In this document: positions 1 through 8,710 of the stretch, piece by piece
How positions within the stretch are numbered: the first letter of the stretch is position 1
Layout: the number at the start of each line of letters is the position of its first letter
Source of the DNA: a virus
Lineage: Duplodnaviria > Caudoviricetes
DNA: 64,000 bases
Virus record (IMG/VR): IMGVR_UViG_3300007551_000004
Location: 400 to 64,399 of that record
Strand: one strand, 5' to 3'
Program-made: the position numbers and the translations under genes
The notes under the pieces: generated by a model
Databases searched by the model: none
Told to the model about the DNA's origin: nothing
What the model saw: the letters and a program-made list of their open reading frames with translations, nothing else

Positions 1-467
1 CTACCAACTTGCACCGCACCAGATGGGCTAAAATCACTAACATTTGTTGCCTTTAACCAATTAGATGGTTCTAAAGCATAATCTTTATTTTCTGGTATAC
101 TGGTTGGTGATGGCATGAAGTCATAACCAGTACCCTCATCCCAAAATTGTTTTATTTCATGTAATTCTAAATCAAAAGATGTTGGTCTATAATTCTCACC
201 AAAAAGTAAGTTATTAGATGTACTTAAAAAATCTTTAATATCAAAATTAGATGTGTTTTTTATTTTTAAAATATGTCTGGTGTCACCATCTATATTTATT
301 ACCTTACTATTAACTAGGGCTTTAATTTCATCAAATGAACAATAAAACAAAAACCTGCTTTTGGATGAACCGAAATATAATTCAGACACCTGGTTTCTGC
401 CCGTGTTAACATCACTATTTTTTACTATAGTGTTATTTTTATCAAAATATGTTCTATATATACCCAT
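1..467 (-). CDS. Hypothetical, probably virion-associated protein (runs off the window edge; not in ORF track)
   Basis: Open frame from ATG at 467: MGIYRTYFDKNNTIVKNSDVNTGRNQVSELYFG...FDLELHEIKQFWDEGTGYDF. TATTTAT motif lies just upstream (472-478). Confidence 0.75.
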   Translation of the reverse strand, partial: MGIYRTYFDKNNTIVKNSDVNTGRNQVSELYFGSSKSRFLFYCSFDEIKALVNSKVINIDGDTRHILKIKNTSNFDIKDFLSTSNNLLFGENYRPTSFDLELHEIKQFWDEGTGYDFMPSPTSIPENKDYALEPSNWLKATNVSDFSPSGAVQVG

Positions 468-471
468 AGTT

Positions 472-478
472 ATAAATA
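472..478 (-). promoter_or_regulatory. TATTTAT putative late-promoter motif
   Basis: ATAAATA on + strand immediately upstream of the ATG at 467. Confidence 0.5.
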
Positions 479-480
479 TT

Positions 481-2136
481 TTAATTTAAGCGTAAGTTAT
501 GATTTATAACGCCATTTGTCTTATTTAAATTGTTGCCCTGTATTTCTTCGTTAATTTGAGCCTTTAAATTTGATAATTTTTCCTGTGCTTCCCTACTTAT
601 TGAATTTTGGACTTGTCCTATAGAATGCCCGTGAGATAAAACAATGTCGATCATTTGGTTGATCAACTCCATTAGTTTTTCACCTCTAATAAACCCATAT
701 GTCTTATAATCTTTAACACCATCATTATTAATTGAGGATAAAAATTTGTAAACAACATCAACTGGCATACCGTTATTACCATCTTTTAGATAATCTGGTG
801 AATTAATACTACTTAAAAATAAAAATTTATCCGAGTACATCACATTAACAGTCGTTTCTTTTTCATCAACAACCTCACTAACAGTCTTAATTGTTTCAGT
901 TTCTTTAGGTTGTGTAGTTTGGTTACCTAACCATCTTTCTTTGGTGAATTTTTTAAATAATTTAATAAATTCATTAAACTCATAGAATCTCGCATACTCA
1001 ATTGAATCGATATCCGTTGGTTGGTTACTCGGTATACCCAAATCATTTTGAAGTTTAGTACTTGGTGTATTGTACAAAGTTTTATTTGATGGTTTTACCC
1101 TAACAACAAAATTATTTAAATTAGGTACTGTTTCTAATGTATCGTTATTCGCACCACCATTGTTTGGTTTTAATTGTAATCTATTTAACAAATTAATATT
1201 ACCGTTAATTGTTTCAACAATCTGGGTACCCACTAGCTCTGGGTTAAAAAATTTTATTTTTTTTGTGTTATAACTAGAAATTATTGTCTCAATTGTTTTT
1301 TCTAAAGTTTGTGGGTCATTAAATTCCAGAACGTGCCTAACCGTATATTGGTTTCTAGACGCTCCGTCATAATATTCTGAGTTCGGGTTATACTTACCTC
1401 TCACCAAACCCTTTTTACCCTTTTCATCTTGTATCGTTTCCTGTGTATCGTATAAAGCGACAACACATTTTATGTTCTTATCCGTTTTTTGTGTTTTCTT
1501 GGTATATTCAAAAGTTAATTCGATAACATAATCAATAAAAACATCTTTAGTTTTTGTCCTAGTAATAGTTTCTTCTTTATATTTAACGTTTTTTATAAAT
1601 CTAGATATTTGGAACAATGGGTATTGTTCTTTAATTGTATTATCCTCGTTTATGTGTGATAATCGCATTAAAACCTTATTATCACCAATAATAAGTTGTT
1701 CACCTTGATTACCACTAAGAACAGTGTTATTTGGGTTATTAGCGATATCGTCATTTACGACTTGTTTCTTTTTGTTTTTATATTCAGAATATGTATCAGT
1801 TATAAAAATGGGTTGGCTCGTTACTGGTCCGATAAATAACATTTTACCGTCAGATTGCCTAACTAACCTAGTAACTTGACCAACTCTGGGTATTATTGAT
1901 AAATTATTCGGTAAAAAAGGCTCAGCAACAAACGGATCCGTTTGTCTTGGTGGTGTTGAGGCATAAGACCACTCATCGTAAACGCTAGATGCAATATTTA
2001 AACTCGATATTGTGTTTAAAATAGACTCAACACTATCGTACTCCTTATATGCTTCATAAGGGACATACCTAATTCTACCATGGTTAAATGGGTCTGAATT
2101 ACTAATACAAATACCTAGTGATATATCTGAGCTCAT
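481..2136 (-). CDS. Baseplate spike / T4 gp5-like N-terminal OB-fold protein
   Basis: N-terminal SDPFNHGRIR and IIPRVGQVTRLV match the DP..GR.R / P..G..V pattern of gp5/gpV/VgrG OB folds. The C-terminal LSHGH resembles the HxH spike-tip metal motif. No lysozyme motif is seen. Confidence 0.6.
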   Translation of the reverse strand: MSSDISLGICISNSDPFNHGRIRYVPYEAYKEYDSVESILNTISSLNIASSVYDEWSYASTPPRQTDPFVAEPFLPNNLSIIPRVGQVTRLVRQSDGKMLFIGPVTSQPIFITDTYSEYKNKKKQVVNDDIANNPNNTVLSGNQGEQLIIGDNKVLMRLSHINEDNTIKEQYPLFQISRFIKNVKYKEETITRTKTKDVFIDYVIELTFEYTKKTQKTDKNIKCVVALYDTQETIQDEKGKKGLVRGKYNPNSEYYDGASRNQYTVRHVLEFNDPQTLEKTIETIISSYNTKKIKFFNPELVGTQIVETINGNINLLNRLQLKPNNGGANNDTLETVPNLNNFVVRVKPSNKTLYNTPSTKLQNDLGIPSNQPTDIDSIEYARFYEFNEFIKLFKKFTKERWLGNQTTQPKETETIKTVSEVVDEKETTVNVMYSDKFLFLSSINSPDYLKDGNNGMPVDVVYKFLSSINNDGVKDYKTYGFIRGEKLMELINQMIDIVLSHGHSIGQVQNSISREAQEKLSNLKAQINEEIQGNNLNKTNGVINHNLRLN

Positions 2137-2343
2137 TTATTTTTTAAATTTTAATCTTTCATTTAACTCGGCATAAACCTTATCATAAGTAATCTCGATT
2201 TCTTCTAAAGTAGTTGTTAATTTTAAAACGGTCTCTTTAATGCCATCAAAATCATTCTTTAATCCAATAAGTGTTGTTGCCAATTCTTTATTAGATTTTT
2301 TGTCTATATTTTCGTAAATTTCTTTTAGCTTTGGGTTATTCAT
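2137..2343 (-). CDS. Small coiled-coil hypothetical protein
   Basis: 68-aa ORF abutting both neighbours, with heptad-like Leu/Ile pattern. Confidence 0.7.
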   Translation of the reverse strand: MNNPKLKEIYENIDKKSNKELATTLIGLKNDFDGIKETVLKLTTTLEEIEITYDKVYAELNERLKFKK

Positions 2344-2345
2344 AA

Positions 2346-4253
2346 TTATTGTATTTGTCCAAATCCTGCTGCTAGACCCACACCTGTCGTTGTTACGTCA
2401 ATTTTGGCATTTGTTTTAATGTGGCTAACCATTAATTTTACTGTTTCCTCTAAAGCAATCATTAAATGATTTGGTGTTCCGTCAGGGAAAGTTGCGGCTG
2501 TCTCAATACCCTTTTCACTTAAATTTGCTTTTAAATCATTTACCATTGCAATATGATTTAAACCTGGTTTTAAGGCTCCACCAATTAAAACTAATGGTGG
2601 TGGTAATGGTGGCATCGGCATAAAATTTAATAGCTTAAGTAATCTTAAAATCTGGTCGATTATTGATTGGCACCCTTTAAATTTTACACCTTTTAACGCT
2701 TTAAGTAAAGCAAGTAAACTTTTTAGTGTTGATATGTAGTCGAGGCCACGTTGCTTTAAGAAATCAGCCGTCAATTTCTTAGCTAAATTTATTAAATCTT
2801 TTTTTATTAAATTAAAAATGTTTTGTACTAATAAATCAGTAACAAAATTACCTAAGTCGGTTATCATTGGTCTCATAAATGATAATGTTTCTTCAGAAGA
2901 TTTTTTCTTAACATCACCCTTTAACACCAAAAATAATTTAGGGACTAGAGTCACTTTAGGCGTAATCACTGACTGCATTAGTGAATAAGGTATAGCCTTC
3001 AATATGTTTAGCTGGATTTCAGCGTTTATTTTCGGCAAGTCCACCACAGCATTTATTTCACCATCGTTAACAACTTTATTTATACCGTTTTTCAATCCTT
3101 TATCCAAAAGAGATGCGGCCTGATCTAAATCAGGTACTAACTTAGTATTATCAACAACACCACCATTATTTTGTGGTGATATGGTATGTGGGCTATCCGA
3201 TGGGAATATTAGTTTATCACTTTGAGCGTTTCTGAAAAGTTCTTCAAGTGAAGATATTACATCATCTGGGTTTATTTCTATATCTAGATTACCACAAGAT
3301 GAAAATCGTATAAAACCACTAGATCTTTGTTCGGTGGTATTATCGATATCATTTAGTTCGTCTTTATTAAAATTAAATACGTTTTCAAAATCAGCTTTAG
3401 CGTTTACAACCCCACTATCCTCACCATTTTTTTGTGTTGGGTCTGGGCCGTATTGTTTATTTAAAAAATCTTTGGATGATGAATCTGGTGTGTTTGTTTC
3501 ATCGTCTTCATTACAAAAACCAAACATTTTTTTCAGACCCTTTGTTAACCCACTTTGCTTCTTAACAACATTTTTATTTACTTTACCTTTTATCGATAGA
3601 GACCCTGTAAGCGTGTCCATTAGTATCGACATAAAATTAGCAAAGTTGAATGCTGGCATCGCAACCTCTAGATAATCCGATAAAAATTCACTAAATAATT
3701 TTTTTGAGTAGAAGGAACCAAACTTAAACATGAAGGTGTTATTATCAATTGAATAAATGATAAATAATACCCTGTCCTTATACATAACCTCTATTGGTGA
3801 TGATTCTGTGGACTTTTGCGCTTTATTAAATGCGTAGTTTAAATGTTTTTTGATATCGTTACCTTCATACATTAACTTCCCAACACGGCTGTCTGGTTCA
3901 ATATTTAATAACCCAAAAGAATCTATCTCCTGTTTTGATATTTCAATACCAGTAACAGAATTTACTGTATATTTTTCAGGTATAACCATGTTACTATCGC
4001 AACCAAATTTTGCGATTATACTATCTTTTACCTTTTTATTAATAGCATCGAATTTTTTTACCTGGGATAAACTACCCTTTAGAATTAAATTTTTAAATTC
4101 TTTTTGACCTCTGGTTGATTTTACTAGTTCAACTAAAAAATCGATAAATTCTAACTTATCTAATTTTTTTTGGGTGTCCGAAATGTATGGTTTCTGACTA
4201 TTAGAAACCACTAAAGATCTATATCTTGAAAATATTTCGCTTTGTGAACCCAT
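2346..4253 (-). CDS. Hypothetical protein (635 aa), possibly virion/baseplate associated
   Basis: Long ORF co-oriented with the spike gene. Pro-rich MPMPPLPPP segment and Gly-rich C-terminus. No recognisable catalytic motif. Confidence 0.7.
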   Translation of the reverse strand: MGSQSEIFSRYRSLVVSNSQKPYISDTQKKLDKLEFIDFLVELVKSTRGQKEFKNLILKGSLSQVKKFDAINKKVKDSIIAKFGCDSNMVIPEKYTVNSVTGIEISKQEIDSFGLLNIEPDSRVGKLMYEGNDIKKHLNYAFNKAQKSTESSPIEVMYKDRVLFIIYSIDNNTFMFKFGSFYSKKLFSEFLSDYLEVAMPAFNFANFMSILMDTLTGSLSIKGKVNKNVVKKQSGLTKGLKKMFGFCNEDDETNTPDSSSKDFLNKQYGPDPTQKNGEDSGVVNAKADFENVFNFNKDELNDIDNTTEQRSSGFIRFSSCGNLDIEINPDDVISSLEELFRNAQSDKLIFPSDSPHTISPQNNGGVVDNTKLVPDLDQAASLLDKGLKNGINKVVNDGEINAVVDLPKINAEIQLNILKAIPYSLMQSVITPKVTLVPKLFLVLKGDVKKKSSEETLSFMRPMITDLGNFVTDLLVQNIFNLIKKDLINLAKKLTADFLKQRGLDYISTLKSLLALLKALKGVKFKGCQSIIDQILRLLKLLNFMPMPPLPPPLVLIGGALKPGLNHIAMVNDLKANLSEKGIETAATFPDGTPNHLMIALEETVKLMVSHIKTNAKIDVTTTGVGLAAGFGQIQ

Positions 4254-4255
4254 TG

Positions 4256-4636
4256 TTACTCATATTCTTTTTCATTGTTTTCTGATGTTGCAGTATTTTG
4301 TGTCTTAAGGAATTCCTCAGCCCACTTTCTATCCTCATCAGTAATTGTCATACTAACCCCAGAACCTTCAACAGGTTTGCCAGATTTGTAAAGAATATCA
4401 CCCTGTATTTTAATCAGTCTTAATTTTTTTTCGATTGAAGAATCGATAATTTTAAGTAGGTCGTTGGTGATTTTACCAACCAATGCGATATCAGAATTTT
4501 CGTTAATGTCTTTTGAGAATTTTTTATAAGCCGTTAGGGCTCTATTTCTTTCATCAACAATCTCATTATAGGTTTCTTGCATGAGATCTCTCATGCTTTC
4601 CTCACTGACGTCTACTTTTTTCTTTTTTGGTACCAT
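4256..4636 (-). CDS. Hypothetical helical protein (possible small terminase-like)
   Basis: 126-aa helical ORF preceded by TATTTAT. The segment ITNDLLKIIDSSIEKKLRLIK resembles small-terminase oligomerisation helices. Function is weakly supported. Confidence 0.55.
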   Translation of the reverse strand: MVPKKKKVDVSEESMRDLMQETYNEIVDERNRALTAYKKFSKDINENSDIALVGKITNDLLKIIDSSIEKKLRLIKIQGDILYKSGKPVEGSGVSMTITDEDRKWAEEFLKTQNTATSENNEKEYE

Positions 4637-4652
4637 AATCTTTTATTTATTA

Positions 4653-4659
4653 ATAAATA
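4653..4659 (-). promoter_or_regulatory. TATTTAT putative late-promoter motif
   Basis: ATAAATA on + strand, 16 nt upstream of ATG 4636. Confidence 0.55.
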
Positions 4660-5373
4660 TCACGCATCCAAATAACTATCCTTAAAAAGCTTATATAATG
4701 ACTTAAACCTTTTCATACTATTCCTAATTTCTTTAGTATTTAAGCCAGTCATATTGCGTATATATAGTAAAATAAGGTTTTTATTAAACTTGGGTGAATT
4801 TTTACCATCAGTTACCTGTGAAAATAATTCTCGCCATTCTTCAAGTATTTTTACCAGGGAATGTCCAACCTTAAATTCATTATCGGATAAATTGTCAGCT
4901 TTTAAATCTTCTCTAATACTCGATGCTAACGATTCAATAAACATAGTTAAATCAATATCATCATTATCTATTCGATAAAGTAATTCATCTCTTTTTAAGA
5001 TATCACCTTCACTTTGATCAATATCAACGATTGACATGTTCTTTTTATATTCTTTAACCATTTCACCAAATAGGTAATTTTTACAAATAGTACCGAAATA
5101 TGAAAATGATCTCTTACCCTTTTCTGGTTTGAACTTTTCAAACTTTGTCATTAAAAATGATAGGGTGTCTGCATGTAGATCGTTGAACTCGTAAGATTGT
5201 CTATATAATTTATAGGTCCTAATAATACTTTCTATCATTGTATTGATAGGTTCTTGTAAATATTCTCTATAAATTTTTTCTCGTTCTTCAACATTAGTGG
5301 CATCTAGAAACATGATCACCGCCATTTCTTGATCTACACCATAGTAGTTGCGGTCTTTTTTCTTTCTTGCCAT
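4660..5373 (-). CDS. Phage sigma factor, T4 gp55-like (sigma70 region 2)
   Basis: DLHADTLSFLMTKFEKFKPEKGKRSFSYFGTICKNYL matches the region-2 pattern (F.P.KG..F.YF..I..N) of phage late sigma factors. Confidence 0.65.
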   Translation of the reverse strand: MARKKKDRNYYGVDQEMAVIMFLDATNVEEREKIYREYLQEPINTMIESIIRTYKLYRQSYEFNDLHADTLSFLMTKFEKFKPEKGKRSFSYFGTICKNYLFGEMVKEYKKNMSIVDIDQSEGDILKRDELLYRIDNDDIDLTMFIESLASSIREDLKADNLSDNEFKVGHSLVKILEEWRELFSQVTDGKNSPKFNKNLILLYIRNMTGLNTKEIRNSMKRFKSLYKLFKDSYLDA

Positions 5374-6206
5374 TACTCACTAACTTCATTTTCCTCATAA
5401 ATTATATTTCTATCTTCGTTAAACAAATACTCTTTTTTAGCGGCATCCATCCAAAATAAAGCTTCTTGCGGTTGTATCTTATATTCAAGAGCTTCACTGT
5501 TTTTGTATAGCCAGAATAAAGAACCCTCTCTCATGTTTACGTGTTTATAACCTATTTTAGGTATAACCATAGACTTGTAACCATTTTTATGGAAACGAAG
5601 TAAAAACTCGTAATTAAACGTTAATTTAATTTGTTTTAAACCCTTAATCTCATTAAAGACATTGGTTTTAATTACCATACCACAAAGGCTTATATTCGGG
5701 TACTCAAGTAAAACGTCTAGATCTAAGTTACCTAAACTTTCGGTAAAGTTGTATGCCCAAACCGCTTCATTAGAAAATCCAACGAACTCATTTTTTTCCG
5801 TAACATCATTAACGATAGGTAAAAACATATCTACCTCTGGATAGGCTTTAACATACTCATCGACATTTTTATACCATGTTTTTGATACCTCATCATCAAA
5901 TTCCAAAATACTCATATACTCAGTATTAACATGTTTTGCTGCATAGTTAATCTGACTTTGGTAGTCGGTATCAAATTCGTTAATTATTGTTCTAACATTT
6001 AGGTCCTTATAAGCTGTAAAGTCAATCGACTCCATTTTACTCACAACTTCCGCACAATTACATGTTACTATTAAAACCTCTTCTGGTTTAATTTCATTTC
6101 TATTAATAGATGACATTGCAATATCAAATAAGTCATCAAATTTTTGGTTCCCAACATTAGCAACTGAATGCACTGGGATTATGACTGTTAAATTAGTTTT
6201 GCTCAT
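5373..6206 (-). CDS. Glycosyltransferase family 2 (GT-A fold)
   Basis: LTVIIPVH start, QINYAAKHVNTEYMSILEFDD (DxD-like), and YEFLLRF...IPKIGYKH. Confidence 0.85.
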   Translation of the reverse strand: MSKTNLTVIIPVHSVANVGNQKFDDLFDIAMSSINRNEIKPEEVLIVTCNCAEVVSKMESIDFTAYKDLNVRTIINEFDTDYQSQINYAAKHVNTEYMSILEFDDEVSKTWYKNVDEYVKAYPEVDMFLPIVNDVTEKNEFVGFSNEAVWAYNFTESLGNLDLDVLLEYPNISLCGMVIKTNVFNEIKGLKQIKLTFNYEFLLRFHKNGYKSMVIPKIGYKHVNMREGSLFWLYKNSEALEYKIQPQEALFWMDAAKKEYLFNEDRNIIYEENEVSE

Positions 6207-7272
6207 TTTGTTCTACTGATTTATTAATGTTTTCTTTTATTGTTTCTAATTTTCCGATTTTTTTGTTAAAGAGATATTCAAAAACCTCACTAACGTTTTT
6301 ATCAAAAATATCACTAGTATATCTGTCTAAAATTGTTTGGTCAACAGATTTTAAATTTTCAGGTAGTGTATCCTCTAACCAATTTTTAATAAAGCTGGAA
6401 ACTATTTCAGCGATTTGGTTTTCATCATAAACCCAAATACCATTATCATCCGTCATCCACTCTGGTATAATGTTAGGTACTTTACCGATAACTGGTACAT
6501 TACACTTGATTGATTCAATAGGGAATCTACCGAAAGATGAATCGTCATCAACCCAAATTGATACGGCACACTCTCTAAGATTTTGTGCAAAGTCCTCATG
6601 ATTCATAGCGTGCATATCTTTGAATGAGATAAACCTATAAAGTGGGTATTTTAAGTAGAATGCCTTAATAATTTTTGCTGCTTTTCTTGTGTCCCTACAG
6701 TGTATCGCAATGATTGGTTTTTGTGGTTTATCATTTCTTTTGAATGAGTCGCCAATAAATGGTTCAATAAATTGCACGTCTTTAACTGGCACGGTATCTT
6801 CAATCATATTTTTTAACGTGTTACTAGTTGTAATACATTCCTCAACACCAAGATCAGTCCAAGATTTTCCTGGTGAAAAAGCTTCTAACATATAATCATA
6901 TGATTGAACATAAATAACCTTTTCAATGGTCATTTTTTCTATCTGTTCGAAAACGCTTCCATAAACTTCAGGTACGATAATAAAATCTGAAGGGCCTACA
7001 ACTAGATTATTGTCTTCAATTGACATGTGCTCTAATTCATCACATTCAGCACCATACCAAGAACCGACTTTAATAAAGTCATTCTTTTCGTGTAGTATTG
7101 ATACATTATATCCCATTTTTTTAAGTGTTAGTGCTTGTGAATAAATGTGCATAACACTAGATTTAGCATTACCTTTAGTATCAGGTACTAAAAAGATAAT
7201 TTTTTGTTCCTTATTTTTAATTTTTTCAATAGCGGAATCAAGATTTTTAAGTATTTCTTTAGTTTTTTCCAT
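6193..7272 (-). CDS. Glycosyltransferase, GT-B fold (GT4-like)
   Basis: DFIIVPEVY, FAQNLRECAVSIWVDDDSSFGRFPIESIKCNVPVIG (E.FG...E.M..G.PVI donor-binding pattern). Confidence 0.7.
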   Translation of the reverse strand: MEKTKEILKNLDSAIEKIKNKEQKIIFLVPDTKGNAKSSVMHIYSQALTLKKMGYNVSILHEKNDFIKVGSWYGAECDELEHMSIEDNNLVVGPSDFIIVPEVYGSVFEQIEKMTIEKVIYVQSYDYMLEAFSPGKSWTDLGVEECITTSNTLKNMIEDTVPVKDVQFIEPFIGDSFKRNDKPQKPIIAIHCRDTRKAAKIIKAFYLKYPLYRFISFKDMHAMNHEDFAQNLRECAVSIWVDDDSSFGRFPIESIKCNVPVIGKVPNIIPEWMTDDNGIWVYDENQIAEIVSSFIKNWLEDTLPENLKSVDQTILDRYTSDIFDKNVSEVFEYLFNKKIGKLETIKENINKSVEQNEQN

Positions 7273-7897
7273 TTTTTTCCTTATTTAGTTTTTTTAGGGT
7301 TTTAAATAATTCTTTATTGTTAATAATAGTATAATCCGACTTAATGTCAAGATTAAAATCATTTTGGTATTTGACTGAGATTTTACCTTTTGGCTTCGCC
7401 TTTAAAATTTTAGGGTTATCGGTAATAATGACATCACACTCAACCCAAAAATCTTTCCATTTTTGTGGAAACAATATCTTATTTAGGTTAAAGTAGTTCT
7501 TACTTAGGAAAAATAATGTTGCTGCTTTTGATCTCTGGCTTTCATTATTTAATAATACAATCTCTAGCTTACTTTTTTTAGAGAAGTCCGATATCTTTTT
7601 TATTAGTCCAGGCTCTGTCTCATCGGTTCTTCCGAAAATTTCAAAACATGCATCTTCGTACAAAAATTTATCTAAATTAAAAGAACCGTCTTTTTTATTT
7701 TCAACTAGTTCAACCTCTTCTTGATCTGGTTTAAACTCAATTGATTCTGTTTCACCAGTAATGTCTGGGAATGATGCTTGTAGGTTGAATGGATTTATAG
7801 GTTCGATAGCTTCTTTTTCAAACTCAAACTCATATAAATCCTTCAACTTACTTAAATGATCCCTAAGGATATTATTTACTGTTATACCGATAACCAT
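7259..7897 (-). CDS. HAD-like 5'-nucleotidase-fold protein with degenerate motif I
   Basis: VIGITVNNILRD aligns to IGIDIDGVLRD and CDVIITDNP to D.LIDD.P. The nucleophile Asp positions are replaced. Confidence 0.55.
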   Translation of the reverse strand: MVIGITVNNILRDHLSKLKDLYEFEFEKEAIEPINPFNLQASFPDITGETESIEFKPDQEEVELVENKKDGSFNLDKFLYEDACFEIFGRTDETEPGLIKKISDFSKKSKLEIVLLNNESQRSKAATLFFLSKNYFNLNKILFPQKWKDFWVECDVIITDNPKILKAKPKGKISVKYQNDFNLDIKSDYTIINNKELFKTLKKLNKEKNGKN

Positions 7898-7947
7898 ATT
7901 TTATCATTTTATGATAAAAATAAGTCTGGTAAGTAGAAAAATAAAGA

Positions 7948-8703
7948 TTACATCTTACTTTCTCTAAAAATTTGTTCAATTTTTTTAATTAGTGGGTTTC
8001 TAACAACATCATCTTCACCTAAAACAACGGTACCGACCTCGTCAAAATCTTTAAATTTATTGATTATAAAGTTTAGTGAACTTTCACCCTTCTTTTTCAT
8101 ATCAATTTGATTTTCATCACCCAAAAATATCATTTTAGAATTCTCACCTAGACGAGTCATAATTGTTCTGATGTTATCTATTGAGATGTTTTGGGCCTCG
8201 TCAATAATGGTGATGGAATTATCGATATTGATACCTCTCATATACGCAATCGGCATTTCCTCTATCATGTTGTTAGCCCTCAAAACTTCAACATTATGTC
8301 TACCAATAACCTTTTCAAAATTATGTAGGAAGGAATACATAAACGGTTCCATTTTTTCTTTCATGGTACCTTTTAAAAACCCAATTTCTTCATCTTTTAA
8401 TGTTGTTACAGACTTAACAATAACAATTTTTCTATATCTTGAATCGTTTTTTAATAATTCCAAAGCCATCGCACAAGATAAAAACGTTTTACCTGTACCT
8501 GGTAATCCAGAGCATATCACAATTTCTTTTTCTTTAATCTCGTTAATTAGTTTTTTTTGATTTTGTGTTTTACATTTAATTTCAACTTTAATTTTATCCA
8601 TAGGGTTACCGCTGTAACCTCTGGATATTGCCTCAAATGCCTCCATCTCTTCTTCTGGGGATAATCTTTTTCTACTTCTTCTGCTAGTCTTGTTTGAACT
8701 CAT
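7948..8703 (-). CDS. phoH: PhoH-like ATPase
   Basis: GLPGTGKT Walker A, IGFLKG, PIAYMRG, IIDEAQN, TRLGENSKMIFLGDENQID, DVVRNPLI. Confidence 0.95.
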   Translation of the reverse strand: MSSNKTSRRSRKRLSPEEEMEAFEAISRGYSGNPMDKIKVEIKCKTQNQKKLINEIKEKEIVICSGLPGTGKTFLSCAMALELLKNDSRYRKIVIVKSVTTLKDEEIGFLKGTMKEKMEPFMYSFLHNFEKVIGRHNVEVLRANNMIEEMPIAYMRGINIDNSITIIDEAQNISIDNIRTIMTRLGENSKMIFLGDENQIDMKKKGESSLNFIINKFKDFDEVGTVVLGEDDVVRNPLIKKIEQIFRESKM

Positions 8704-8710
8704 ATCGTTT

